Shown: positions 13,618 to 30,073 of the stretch, one piece after another
How positions within the stretch are numbered: position 1 is the first letter of the stretch
How the letters are laid out: each line of letters opens with the position of its first letter
Assembly (NCBI GenBank): GCA_000320545.1
Contig: ADNK01000872.1
Location: 27,480 to 91,479, forward strand
From: Bigelowiella natans CCMP2755
Lineage: Eukaryota > Protista > Cercozoa
Reading direction: 5' to 3'
DNA length: 64,000 bases
Position numbers and translations under genes: made by a program
Notes under the pieces: generated by a model
The model's input: the letters and a program-made list of their open reading frames with translations, nothing else
Database searches by the model: none
What the model was told of the DNA's origin: nothing

Positions 13618-14784
13618 TTATCGTTTCCCTCCTGGTCTTTGATCCATCCACTTAAACCGGAGACAAGAGATCCTAACATAAGCATGCCTATACAGGGAAA
13701 AGAGGGTTCATAAAGGTTGATACCTCGAGTTGTTCTGAAATTATGACTTTAGATGCTATATTATATTCTATTTCAGTAGGGTACCTAGTGCAGGTTGGAA
13801 CACCAACGGCCACAAAGCATACCTAAAAGAACATTACAAATGACTGAGAAAAGCTGGTAATATGATGCTTAATGAAAAAGTTAGCAAACCATGCAAGATA
13901 GATAGACTCGGTCTTAAATATGAACTTCCCAGCAATCCCAGCCGCTAACCAAGCCAAACCTTGATTGTATGCTTGTGTTTTTTATGGAAGCTTTACAGTC
14001 AGGGTATATATTAACCAATACAATTGACATTCTAATGATGATTCTTGTTTTATGCAGTTGACTGAAAACAACTACATCCTTCACATTTTGGTCATGGTAA
14101 TGAGTTCCTTTCAATCATGGGTCAATCATGGGCAATAATGATCTTCTTAATTGTCAATCGCTTACTTGCTAGGACAAAAAAAAAGTCTGCAATGAGAAAC
14201 GTATCAATGGAGCTTTTGAGACTATCGAATGAAATAGCTACGTCCATCTTTATCAGGGTAGAGGAAGTAGGACACGACGTGGAAAGCACGAAACAACAAA
14301 GGAATTATTATCAGAAAATGATTAACATCTAGAGAGAAGGGGTGGGGGAGAATAAAGACGGGATGTCCACACAATGTAATGCATGGGATCACTAAAGGTG
14401 TGCGCGTGCGCGCGCGTGTGTGTGTCCTCGTAAATCTTAAATAGGTATGTTCATTCAGACTCAAATAAAATGCAAAATTATCACATGATAGAGTACATTG
14501 GAATTTTCAGGAAGTTGTTGATCCTCAAGTCTTCTTTGCCTTTCGGTCTCCATTTCGAGTTTCTCATACGGATTAACATCGGAGTCCCTCTCGGAGTCGC
14601 TACTAGATGAAGCCCTCAGCCTCGGAGGTTGATGGCCGCGTCGGTGTGCGGTAATTCTTACTCCAAAAATGTGGGGAGGCAATGGCCGACTCCTTGTTCC
14701 TGTGAGTGGCTTCGAGTGGCATTGACGTGAGGGCAATGTTGCTAATGTTTTCAATGAGATCAGCGCAAGTGAAAAGAGGAGCAT
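13618..14784 (-). CDS. Small putative plastid-targeted multi-pass membrane protein (bipartite leader)
   Basis: MLLFSLALISLKTLA signal plus Arg/Ser/Pro-rich transit-like region ending RLRASSSS; spliced exons read DTFLIADFFFVLA / AWLAAGIAGKFIF / YALWPLVFQPALG / MLMLGSLVSGLSGWIKDQEGKR*. Confidence 0.65.
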
Positions 14785-15140
14785 GCTGACTCGTTCTCTA
14801 TTTCGATGTTTTCTATCGTGTGGGTTAAAACTCAAGTTGTGTGGATGGTGTGGTTGGTAGTTATTGTCTTCCTCTTGAGATCTCCCTTCGGGTGTAGGTG
14901 AGGGGTAGGGGTCTCTTGGAATGATGTTGTTGTAGTTGTTGTAGTAGTAGTAGTAGTTGTTGTTGTTGTTGTTGTTGTTGTTGTTGATGATGATGTTTGT
15001 TAGTTAGTTAGTTATTCTGTTCGCGTCCTTGACTTCCCAGCTATGTTAGTGGATGTTGTCTCATAACGGACATTGCGAAAGTCAAAAATTGTATGATAAA
15101 ACATAGTAAAATTTTTGACTTATAGGACTAATAAACGTAG

Positions 15141-15172
<32 letters not shown>

Positions 15173-15619
15173 GAGTTGTTGAGTTGTTGCAGGAAGTAGT
15201 CAAACCCATCAACGTCGGCATCGTTCATGTTCCCGACCCTGAAAGGACTACGTAGATCTACCAAGTCATGCCATTTTGGCAAACCAGCTAGTTGATTTGC
15301 TAGTCACAGTCCTCACTGAAACCAGTTCGAGGCACTGCATTTTGCACGCTGCAAGTGTCTTGCAACACTTTGGAAATGTAGTTTTTCATCATTGTTTCAT
15401 TGTTTCTACAGGAGGAACTGCGACAACATCCACTGTGAAAATCATTTCGTTGAAAAAACACCTGGGAAGGCAAGGACGCGAACAGAAATGACTCCTCCAA
15501 CTTCATGCCATCCACAACCAGCAGGGGCAATGTCTCCGCAAAAACCGGGGATGTTGTGGCTGGCGTGAAGCTTGTGCATCCGAGTGGACCATGAAGGTGT
15601 GGTCCATGGGCCCGGATTT

Positions 15620-16070
15620 TTCGCTTGGGGTTTGAAGGTGTGGTGTTCTTGCCTGCGCGTGTGTTGTGCACGTGCGTGCGTCACATTCATTGCGTCTGTG
15701 ATCTGGACAAATTTGAAATGAAAGTTTTTTTCTTGTGACGCTGCCTCATGTGATCTGTGGTCTAGACCTCTCTCTCTCTCTCTCTTATACTCTCTCTCTC
15801 TCTCTCCAAACGCACAGTTGAATGATGCACGTGTGCACGTTCGCGTGCACATCTAGACGTCTAGACATGCAAGTGGACAAATGGATGGCACCCCCAGACC
15901 CCACGCTGGCACGCCGCACACTTGCCATTTGCACATGCACGCATGTTTGTCATCATGGTTAGCTGTCTGTGCCGCCCTCATGTGCTTAACCATCAGCCAA
16001 CCCACGCGAAAAACATGAAAAGCCATCTTTGTGTTGCGGTGGCGTGACATGTCATCGTCACATTCACTGC
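15620..16070. other. Palindromic-tetramer-rich zone downstream of the NSUN5 3' end
   Basis: tgcacgtgtgcacg; TCTAGACGTCTAGA at 15852-15865; CTAGACATGCA at 15861-15871. Confidence 0.7.
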
Positions 16071-16075
16071 AGCAA

Positions 16076-18498
<2,423 letters not shown>

Positions 18499-19008
18499 GT
18501 TTATGGCCTTATTATCTCTATGAACGAGGCGGGATCAGGATCAGAGTGTAATCCAAACTTATAGAGAATACCCTAAATACACCCCAACAGATGCTTCAAG
18601 TTTCCCTTGATATTCGGCACAGCAGCACACACACACACACACGCTTCAATCGGGTATTTGGGCAGAGCCATTGCGAGTACTACTACTCCCCATTATTATT
18701 ATTATTATTATTATTTTTGATCTCGTAGCTCTCCGACACCATCATCAATAGGGGGTTGTCGTACACATAATTACCGACTAGATTCATCTGTTGCTCTACT
18801 CACTATTTGGTAGGTGCGACAAGGAAATATTGGTGTCGTCGTGTGTGAATGTGTGCGTGTGTTTGTGTGTGTGTATCTGTATTCAGTTACGATAGATCTA
18901 CCTCGAGTCATCATCGTATCATTATCATCATGTGTAACTACTCGTAACTAACTACTACGAAGAAGGGGGAGGAGAAGGAAGAGTATGATCATAGTAGTAG
19001 TGTAACAG

Positions 19009-19551
19009 ATGATAGAGAGATTAAGAAAGCATGATGGGCTGCTGTGGATTATATCCTTATTGCTCTCGGTAACAACTGCGAACTGCAAATTGGACTCTAA
19101 AGGTTTGGTAGTATAATAGCTACTAAAGTCATTGGGATGATGACATATGGGTATTTGATCGGAGAGATGTGGGAAAGTTTCGGAGCGGATATGAATGTCC
19201 ATAATCTACAATCGTATACTGAAACCAAAACAAAAAATATATCATTGTCATGGTCACCATTTATTTTGTATCAAGAATTAAAGCGACCGCGCACAAGCAC
19301 CTTACTTTTTTCTCTTACTTTAACGCACCCCCCTCCTCATATAAAACTTACCATCACTCGATAATCCAGAGTGGGCTGAATGGCACTTTTTCAACACTCC
19401 TGGATGCAGAGACCACACCGAAGGCGCCTTTCAGTTTGTCAAAGTCCCTCCATCCTTAACAAATACACACTTGACGTACAAATACACGTGTACTCATCTA
19501 TAGTGGATCATGTATGTAAGAAATATGAGGAAATCGTAGACGAATTCACAT

Positions 19552-19583
<32 letters not shown>

Positions 19584-20634
19584 AATGTATCTTTGATAGT
19601 ATGGAAACTGCCATGAAGACACGTGGACTGCCCGAGGATTTGTTAAGTATCACTATCCTAACATAGTGGAAGTTTTTGGCACAGACATTACTTGCCAGGT
19701 AATATTGATAGCAAAATCACGTTATTCTGGTGGGAACATAAGTAACTGATTCTATTGCTGTACACCCTGACCTCCTCCTCCTTGTCGTGAAAGAATCCAC
19801 TAGGGAACGAAACATTAGGAATAGGAAACTGTACGGAGCAAAGAGCATTCCTAGGTTGTACTTGTTTAAAGAATTAAGTGATGTACTATGACTCCAATCA
19901 GTTTCTATCCAACGAGTCTTAATTGATTCACCTCCATCTCCAACGAGTATTTAATTGACTGCACTAAGCTCCTACTGTTATTGCTTTCAAGGTCCCTCCT
20001 CAGTAAAAGCAGCGACAGAATCTTTAGATGATGTTGTCAAGGTACTACTACTACTACAATTGAAAGGGGTGTTACGCACAAAATCATACGTAGTAGTCCT
20101 TGCAAGAAATATAAGCAATACTATCACAGGTGGTATTTCGCTATGAGAAGCACGACCCTGAGGAAGAGGAGGAAACGATCATCACTTGCACGAATCGTCT
20201 CAATGGAACCCAAACTGATCAAATATACGAAATACTCGCTATGAAACGTGGATTTTGTGACAATGGAATGATGGCATCGTGCTACCTTGATAGTCACTAC
20301 TATCAAGAGAATTTCGAAAGCTCATGGTAACTGTGGAGAAGACTAATTTAAATGGAATCATCATTCAATTTTATTTTGAAGCAATACGTGTTATACCACT
20401 ACTAATGCTATTACCGCTATCACTATTACTACCGTTAAAGGTGTCCAAATTATCCTAAAAATGTGACGACATGGTTGCAATCTAGTGCAGCTACGACAGT
20501 CTGCCAAGAGGTTCGGTCAGGTTTTCAGGTAGTAGTAGTAACCGTATAAATGCATCTTACAACCTCAACTACTCTGTATCTTCCTGCCCTCTGCTGCTGC
20601 TTCTGCTGTATCTCTTCTCAGTCATATCCCCCAA

Positions 20635-20688
<54 letters not shown>

Positions 20689-21016
20689 CCACTAACATCT
20701 GCAAATCATCTCAAACACCTCACGCAAATCGAGCAAACTAGTGTGTTTTCTCCGTCCGTCCCTCTAGTTGCTCGGTTCCGAGATCTATGTACTCGCTTGT
20801 GAGAGCACTGTCCTGGCCGAAGCTATCTTAAGCGCTGGAATTCCCAACAAAACAAATCCTTTCTACAATGCTAGTGAAAGATATTCCCAGCAAGGACTTA
20901 GCAGTAGTTCTCCAGCACCACGGCATTGTAGTGTCACTATGTTTAACGGGACCACCATTCCAGACAATTTCAACCAGCGCTTCAACGAGTAAGATACTAC
21001 TATTTTAATATATATA

Positions 21017-21051
<35 letters not shown>

Positions 21052-22797
21052 CACATAATAGAGCAATGTATATAGTTCAAAGTTCTCGAGAAATATTTGC
21101 GGAAATGCCGAGTACATTGTGTATGAAATGGACTGAGTGTTGAATCCTAAATTATGCTCGTTACTAATAACTGATAGCCCATGCACGTTGCTAATCCTAT
21201 CGCTTATTTCCACCTATCCTGCCAGATTTATGCCTTCTGTCTCTGATTGGAACGAGGAATGGGTATTAGAACTATGCTTCAAACTACCAGAGGACTTCAA
21301 CGCAACAGATTGGGAAGGAGAGGAGGCTCTTATGGGGTCCGATGTCTACGAAGAAGGGTGCTTTCGCTTTATATCACACATTATTCCGGATATTGACATG
21401 TGTGCAATCTATTTTTTAATTGATTATAGTGTTGTATAGTTGTTGTGGTGAAATATAGTGCAGTATTATTATTGTTATTATCATCATTATTATTGTTGCG
21501 ACAGGTACGCTTATGCGTTCATCGATAAATATGGCTTCGGTTTTAACAAGAAAGGCGAGCCATTACCTCCCCAAAATCCTTGGTTCGCACAATATGGAGT
21601 TCCAGAGCGAGTTGGAAGAGTAGAATTAGCACTTTTCTCGCCTGAAGAAGAGTACTGTGTGACAGTTGATTCACATGATATGATAAACAATTTCCCTTGC
21701 TTTACCACTATCTTGTGGTCGCATCTGAAAGAGGTACTACTACTATCACTAATAATATTACTACTACTCAGATATTAGTAGGTCTCTAATACCGAATAAT
21801 ATAAATAATAATCATTATAATACGTTTTGAATGCATTCTACCCTATTATACGCATCAAACCACCACGTTTACATTATTGCCTTCTTGAGAAGGATTTCCT
21901 CCAACTTTTGTTCCGTCGTTTTTTTGCATCATCAGGTGATAACCGTGCGCCATTGGGACGGCAACATCACCTACGATCATGTTCCTGACCTTATAGGAGC
22001 AACCAATTCCACTTTTGGAAATTTTTCCGGAAGTATAACGCTTATTAGATTTCACCAGTCAGGAAACAAGTACTGCGATGACCTTGAATCAAGCCGCCTC
22101 ACAAGATCACCATCTGTAGAAGTCCCCACTCAATCTCCACAACTGGAGCCAACTGTGCCGTCGTCACCAACAACCTTGAGTCCATCATCATCGAGCTACT
22201 ACTACTACTACTCTCAATACTTTCTGGATGATTCTTCTCTGGCTTGCTCGAGCCAGCAGGTCAACTTTAGCGGAGCAACTTTCGTTTGTGGAGATTGTAA
22301 GGTAATACTTAACCTCTCCTTCCCTCCATCTGTTTCACTCTCTATGTGTGCGTGCATTGTAGGTGCTTTTTTTGGGTGTGCTGTCCACTTATTTGCGATG
22401 TTTTCTTGATTCGAATTTACCAGTTTTCTTGTTCAGATGAAATGATGTTTAATATATTCAAATAGAATGAAAACAACAACATCATTTTGCTTGTGTAGGT
22501 TATAGTGTCGGACATTTCCAAGATGAGAACTTGTGATAACTACTGTGCACACCACAGGTTGAGGTACTGATTCTTGATCAGACTTTATGATGTATGTCCT
22601 TAATTGAGGAGTTATGAAATCATCATCATTATCATGTGGATATGATAAAATTCAAACAAGAAAGTGACTGCTATCTCATCTTATATTCTATAAATAAGGT
22701 GCAAAACAAGTTACCTTCAGTATAGCTGTAACGATATATCAGAGAGCGAATACCGGTAAGAGAAGTAGTAGTAGTGGTGGTAGTAGTACTGATTAGG

Positions 22798-22839
<42 letters not shown>

Positions 22840-23632
22840 ACATGCACCTATTCCAGAAGCCTCCTCCGTATAATAGTGTTCTTCATGATGCAGTAGCATC
22901 AGCATCATACTACTACCAGCACCATTCTTTCGTGATCCATCCCAAACGTCGTCGTCGCTGCCTCTCCTCGTACCATCGTTTAACCTCGGCCTTCTTATCC
23001 TCTCAGCAGCAGCGTAATCATTATTGATTATATTTATTCATTTTTTTTGTCAGATGTTCTTATGACTGGACTAGCTCCTTCTCCTCCTCCTCCGTGAGAA
23101 TTCAGGATAATGTATTATGCGTCTGCTCTACTGAAGCGGTGGAGGAGTCTCAGGGCAACAACATGGTTGTGGTGATGATGATTCTAACAGTAAAAGTAGA
23201 AAGGGGATATTTAATAATGCTAAGGAGTAATACTTCTACGTATGTAACAGGTAGTTAGCGTGACAACGAGCAGCGTCTTTCACAGTCTTCAACTCAGTAC
23301 AATGAATAGCACAGAGCAACTGCAATTTCAAACCGAATATAAAAATGCGCTCTCCTCTTATATAGCGGTGATAATAAATAATATAAGCTTCGTGGACATG
23401 TCTTCATTTAGATTAGTGAGACCTTAATCCGTCTAAACAGTCAATTATCAAATATCTTATTGTGTTAAGAACGACTTGCCGTATTGCAGATTCCGCCAGA
23501 CTGGGTTAGTATCCTTGATGTACGAAGTGGAAGCACTATAGTGGACACGAGAGTAATTCATTTCTAATGAGATATATTTATTCATTCCACTCCCCTCACT
23601 AATGTTCCCTCCCTCTTTCCCTCTCTCCTTCC

Positions 23633-23716
<84 letters not shown>

Positions 23717-24525
23717 ATTGTGTGTCTGGGTCTTGTTTGTACTCTGGAGTCAATTAATACCACTCATTTCAGCTAATTATTTCATAAGATACGTATGTTT
23801 GGCGATATCCAAGCAAGTTCATTCTCTTCTCAGGTGTATATTTTTCAGTAGCACAAACAATATTTGGTTGCGTACATTATGAAGGATGCATTCATTTTTC
23901 AAATAAAACAAATTACGACGTATTTACAGATTTAGAAAATATGTTGGTTAGTGCTCAATGGCATTATATTCTTTCAGGCACGGACAAACGCTACGAATAT
24001 CTCTCGGCACAGTACGAACGACAACAAAATACATGATGCTGAAAATGGAACAATTCTAGAGAAAATAACTACATAAAATCACGCTTAGACACACATGCTT
24101 GTAAAACGGCCAGGTTTATAAGTACTTATGGATCTCCAAGCTTCCCAAATCTCCACACCACTGTAATTGGATCGATTTCACCCACATCATCACCCTCAAC
24201 GTACGAAGCTTCAAAAAATAAGGAGGTACGATATCTGTTAGAGAAGAAAGTCATCCATTCGTACCAACACGCCGTAAATGATATTTACTGAGCATCGGTT
24301 TGTTACTCTTAGTCCGCTTTCATTACGGTGCTGGTAGTTGTGTTCTCGTTGTCGTTCCTGGCGTTTGCAGGCAGTTGCTACATGTGTTGGTGGTGGAGAA
24401 TCAAAATATCCAAAAAAGTATCTAGCTTTGGGAACGCTTCTTCTGTCAATGCCAATGATAGTGGTGGTAGTGGGATGCAAGTGTCACCCACAACACTGAC
24501 CTCTTGCTCGAAAACTGCCTGGTAA
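19009..24525 (+). CDS. Uncharacterised secreted/type I membrane protein with Cys-rich modules, many exons
   Basis: Signal-like LLWIISLLLSVTTANC; in-phase short exons (EWAEWHFFNTPGC, YGNCHEDTW, CGDCK...TCDNYCAHH...LCVCS); S/T/P linker; C-terminal TM VLVVVFSLSFLAFAGSCYMCWWW followed by basic RIKISKK. Confidence 0.6.
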
Positions 24526-24549
24526 GTATTATCGATGCGAGTCAGCTGA

Positions 24550-25050
24550 GCAAAATTACTTCAATGTCTGAGCAAGCATGCATGGCATCATGGCAGAGTA
24601 AGTGGACGATCTAAATCACGCATTCACGAATTGTTGCGACCACATATAACACATTGAATGAAGCTTGCATGGAATCTGCCAATCCAGATAGTGGCATGGC
24701 AATGGGTAAATAAACAATGCATCGCATGCACGTCAACATGAAACAGGCATTTCCTGCGCATCGTCAAAGAACTAATACGCAAGATGCAGCTTGGGAGCAT
24801 GAAGCCGCAGCCATGCTAGCACGTGTCATTTGATTTTTTCAAATTTTCATTTTTCGCTTAGTTCGGCTCATTTTATACGCTATAGTAGACTAGAGCATGT
24901 GTGCCCCATGCTAGCATGCGCGTACTAGCGCATACCATGTACATTTCCACCTTCGTGCACATACATGAAGTCTACTAGAGCGTGAACGTCTGTCCATTGT
25001 CGCCATTTGATGAATTGTCCCTTTGTGATGTGAGATCATCAGTGCCCATT
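24550..25050. other. Palindromic-tetramer-rich zone between convergent 3' ends
   Basis: CATGCTAGCA at 24812 and CATGCTAGCATG at 24907-24918. Confidence 0.75.
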
Positions 25051-25141
25051 TGTTGCCATTTGAGAATGAAGAAATTACAGGTCAAATTAAGCATTTGAAG
25101 CTGTCCAAGCTCGCGCTAAAATCGTTCGAATTTATTACTTC

Positions 25142-26001
25142 TTACGACTGAGATGAGATATTGTCTATGTGAGACTCTATCTTATCCAGTTCAGCAATAA
25201 CCTTGTCGAGGCCATTTCGGTCCAATTCGCAGTGGACAACGTCGGAAACTTTGTCCTGCATTCCATTGCATTTTGTAAGTGGATATATGAAGGTACATTC
25301 AGGTAACTAAGGGGTACACCTGATTTTTCAAGCTCAATCGGATTATGGCAGTAGGCTCATTGATATCAGGGATGTTCTTCGAGTTTGACTTTACATCAAT
25401 TCTCCAAGAGAACTCTGATGATTTACATTTGCTTAAAAGACATCCTATTTCCGTGAAGAACTAAGATCTAACCTCGTAAGTCATTGTTCCATACAGTTTT
25501 GCTTACGATTGCCTTATGTATCTGCAAGTATGCGTGCACCAAAAATTCAAACAGATCATGTATATTCAGCAAATTTCCAAAATTTCTAACCTTCGTGCTT
25601 TCTGTTTTCCACACATGGCTCAGAACCTGTAAAAAGCTCCATTTGAAATGTGATGTAATGTAGAATCATGCTAGCTTAGATTCACCTTTTTGTGTTCATC
25701 AGAAAGTTCCTGCTGATCGACTTCTTGCTCGAAGCGACTCAAAGTCCAATTTCCCCTCCCTGCTCTGCGGAGCAGTCTCTCACATGAACCAAGGAAGTCA
25801 TTTATTTCTAGATATCAAAACAGCTTCAGAAATTAAACACAAAAAAGTTTTCGTTTCTCTACTTTGACTCCCCATCTTAGAGTCTGAGAATATTTTATCC
25901 TGCACTTCTTTGTCCATCGCTCCACTTTCTCCATAGAACCCCCTCTTAACAAGCTGGCGCAGCAGCGCAAGGAATAACTGGCCAGAGAGATCGTTATCCA
26001 T
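25142..26001 (-). CDS. COMMD1: COMM-domain protein, COMMD1-like
   Basis: LFLALLRQLVKRGFYG N-terminus; COMM domain WRIDVKSNSKNIPDINEPTAIIRLSL...CELDRNGLDKVIAELDKIESHIDNI. Confidence 0.75.
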
Positions 26002-26369
26002 AGCTCCTGAAATCATTTCAATTGTAATCACATCGATAAATCTAAAAAGAAACTTTATTTCAAACTTCCGTAGATGGGGCCTCACGGGGGAGCAGACCAA
26101 ATCGTTGGATTTATTTCTCATACGGGAAAAGGATGGGATTTTGATCTTGCGACAACCTAAATGTTAAATGAATCAACTCAAGCATTGAAAACACTTCGTT
26201 CACTCGCTTCACTCCATGGCTTCACTCGTGTCCGTGAACCTTTCTTTCTTTCTTTCTTCGAATCAAGCAATGGAACCATGTGTTCATTCATTCATTCATT
26301 CAATCAATCAATGAAAGCGTTTCTTTCTTTCCTTTTTGGAATCACTTGCAGCTTGTTGTCTGTGCATCG

Positions 26370-27400
26370 CTAGATCGTGTTGAGCGTCATGCAGTCGATG
26401 TTGATCCCCAATGCTTCAATGTTTCACTCACACAAGCACTAGCCAGACAGCACCTGATCGTCCTGTCAGTGTTGTCAGGTGTGGAACGCCAGAATGCACA
26501 CTGTGTGAAGAAGTGTGCTAGTGTGTGCTAGCAATGCTAGAATGTGCCAATTGTTCTGCTAGTCTGGTCCAGTGGTGTTGAACGGCGATCGCATCAGTCG
26601 TGAAAACACGAACGTTGTCACATCAGTCTAGCAGTGCGTGTTCGCTCTAGCGCTGCAAGTCCACCGAAAGTGATTGATGAGCACTTTGTGCAAATCACGC
26701 CAGCGTGGCGCACGTGCGCGCACGCGCAGACCACAACGTCATTCATTGCATGCATTGTGAATTGCAGAGCACAGCAATCTAGCAATGGCACGTGCACGCT
26801 GTGACGCACATGTCATGTGCATTGATGTCACATGTCTGTCATGAGTGTGCTTGTGCTCATCATGGACACAGTAATAACATGTGTGCATCACACATGTGAC
26901 ATCACATGTCCATCATGTGACCTGCAAGACACTCCGATCCAGCACTGCTAGACTGCTAGACTGCTAGACTGCTAGACTGTGCATGTCTGCTAGTCAGGCC
27001 TACTAGCTGCTAACAGCGCTAGAGCGTGCGCTGTGAACAGAACTCCAGCATGTCACATAGATGTGCCGCACGCTCTGTTAGCGCTGTGAGGCATGAGGCA
27101 CCCGCTTGTCTACGTGTCCTCAGCACGCGGATGCATCATGAGCTAGATGGCCGCACAGCAGTCTAGCCTAGTTGCAGTGCCACGATGTGCACACACCTAA
27201 ATCTAGACATGCATCTAGGCAGGCATGCACATGTGTCACACCGCACAACCCAAAATTTCACTGCCTAGTTAGTGCAGCAAATTTAGCACTAGAGCAAGTC
27301 GCGTCGCATGGTACACGCTGCTGCCCTTCATATCACATCACCCATGCACATTTATCATCACGATCACACACATTGCATCGCTGGCACGCGAACCCTACCC
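26370..27400. other. Palindromic-tetramer-rich zone downstream of the AP-1 mu 3' end, including an (ACTGCTAG)4 minisatellite
   Basis: cacatgtg repeats; ACTGCTAG four times at 26944-26975; CTAGACATGCA at 27203-27213. Confidence 0.8.
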
Positions 27401-27634
27401 AAATTTATCAATAATAAAACTCCAAATGACAACCAGCAAATTCCTTGGTAGTAACTCATAGTGTATCGTGTTAACTAGAAAAATCGACGACCAACTTACA
27501 TGCAGACACGCACACGCTCGTCATGTACACAAATATAACACATATCCAAGTAAGGTGCATTTTTAAGGTGTATCGTAACACTCAAATAAAATCGGGATAT
27601 TTTTTGGCCTTAAAAGCTGTCCGTGGCAACATCA

Positions 27635-29590
27635 TTACTGCATGCGAACTTGATAGTCTCCATTTTGGGTAATGTATCGGACCTGATTTATTAGTTTATA
27701 CTGATGATCCAGGGTCATCCTTCAAATTGTTACATTTTAATACCCATGGCAAAGCGTGATATCCACTCTTCTCAGTAATCTTTAAATATCGAACTTGGAT
27801 GCCAGATACAGTGAAGTATGGAATTTCAAATCTAATATTTACCAATATTAATCTGAGTCTGCTTGAGAAAACAAAAAATTGAATGATGACATACTTGACA
27901 TTGATCGGCTTCTTCAAAGCCGCTTCACTTTCTTCAGATTGAATACTAGGTAGTCCAAAATGAGCTGCAAACCACCAAGTCAGTCATTGAACATCAGAAT
28001 ATCAATATGTCTCACCCCGCATCATGTATTGTTTTTGTCCTGGAAATTGTTTGATTTTCCACTTGAAACAGCTTTCTTCAGGTGTATATTCCACTTTCCC
28101 AACGCTAGTTTTAAAGCTCGGTGAGTCCTGCAAAATAATATGCGATGACAATGCCGAACCTGGCCGTGTTAATTTATGTAACACAATATTACCGCATCTT
28201 CGGGAACAGCAACTATGATTTCAACATTGTTTGCATTGCTCCGACGCTTGAAGTTGGACTTTGCCTTAACAAGAAATTCTACTCTAGAACTCTTATGCGA
28301 CTCAACCTGCGCCTCAATCCAGATTAACGGACGGACCTAACTCGACAATATGATAATATGATCTTCCAAATTGTAACCCTGAGAAGAAAGGAGTTGCAAA
28401 AATTCACAAACCTTAGTTGTAAGCCTGTATTGCATGAAATCAAAAGGTCCATCTGGAGGAATGAAGGAAATAGTTCTATTGCTTTCAAAACGGCTGAGGC
28501 GAACGCATTGGTGGAATCGAATATCGTCCATCTCAACGCTCTTTCCTCTGGTTCTGCCTCTGTTTTGCATAAGAATCTTGTCGTTCAAGCCCAGTTTCAA
28601 CTCTGGCATTCCACTGAGATAGGACTTCATTTTGACCGTTCCCATGATTTCAGAGTGCAATACAGTCCCATTGGAAGCAACCTAAAACGTCATAAGATCT
28701 TTTCTGAGTTTTCGTTGTATTCGAAAATTTTGATAAATACCAGTAGATTCAGTTTCTCTATAACGTCGAGGAAGATTTCATTCTTCTTGTGTTTGATGCC
28801 TTCAGCTCTCCAGGGTGTGGCTCCCGTCAACATGCCCGTCACGTTCTCGGCCAACTTCTTTTTCTCAACTTTGTGTGCCTCTCCAGCCTGGATGAAAGTC
28901 TTCAACGTTTTTGTGTTGGTAGCCTGAATATCATTAAATGCGGATGGTTCGTCAAGGGGGTGATTACAGTGATCGTTTAGCATTCTGCCTGACCTGGGGA
29001 TATCCAAAGTCCATCATCTCGTCCAAAAGTTCGTAGATTATCACGAAATTATCTTTGATACTTTCCTCTTCCAATTCGTTGAAGTAGTCTTTCAATACAG
29101 ATACCACTAGGTAAAGGAAGTTCAGTATAACCTGCCAATTGGAGAGCCTCAGACACATTAAAATCGAGCAGAGAGGAAAATTGTTACCATAACGTTCGCG
29201 TTCTTATTTGTAACTGCCATAATGTAGAGCGAGTTGTACTTGATATACACATAAGTGTATGGACCCTGGACAGAATTTCGCAATGTGTTAAAATATTTCG
29301 GTGCAACTTAAGTTTCGCTTTGGCGGGGATAACCTCTTGAAATACTGGCTTCATATCGTTCTCATCATCTGTGAGAACTCTCCTGGTGAAGTGCTCAGCA
29401 ACTGACATGGAAACATCTGCACGATAATTTCGCGATAAAAGGACCTAGTATGATAGATAAATAAACAGACAATAGGGTTTCACTCACTGGACAACCGATT
29501 CAATTTATTATTGTCCACACAAAATGGTAGCGTTCAGACGGAGCAAATAACCTTTCCTTTAGCATCGATGAAGAATATTCCGGAGGCCAT
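27635..29590 (-). CDS. AP1M: Adaptor complex AP-1 medium (mu1) subunit
   Basis: MASGIFFIDAKGK, EEESIKDNFVIIYELLDEMMDFGYPQ, WRAEGIKHKKNEIFLDVIE, LSGMPELKLGLND, FIPPDG, FEIPYFTVSGIQVRYLKI. Confidence 0.95.
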
Positions 29591-30073
29591 TTTCAGATTG
29601 GTATTCTGTCTTGATGTATACTATTTTTACCCTGCCAATTTAAATTAGTCAGTGGTCAGTTTCTTTTTTCTGTATTCCTTTTGTTTGATGTTCTAAATGT
29701 TTAATAGGTGGTGATGGATTTACCGGCTGCTCTGCTCTTGCTGTTTCCAGTTGAGTGATGAGTGTGACTGTAAGACCAGATGTCCCTTTTATTCTCCTCA
29801 AAGGTATTCTTCTTTTACTCTTTCTCTACACACCTGGAGATGATATCACCTTGCTATGTAGTTGCTTTTGAGACTGATGATGAATGATATTGCCTGTGAG
29901 CTGCTACGACTTTACGCAACATTCAGCCTGGCTACGAGGAGGTTCTCCTCTCAAATTAGGCCATATCACTTATCAAAGGACCAAAATCTCCTTCATTAAT
30001 TAGTATTACTGCGAAAATCGCTAAATATCGGTTTTCATGGGTACTCTCTGACGATATACGCTTGTAAGTGAAT

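Noticed and set aside
15082-16050. His/Cys/Ala-rich short ORFs here and in the other palindrome-rich zones
   Set aside because: Their amino-acid bias is the translation of CATG/TGCA-rich DNA; no recognisable domains or splice structure.
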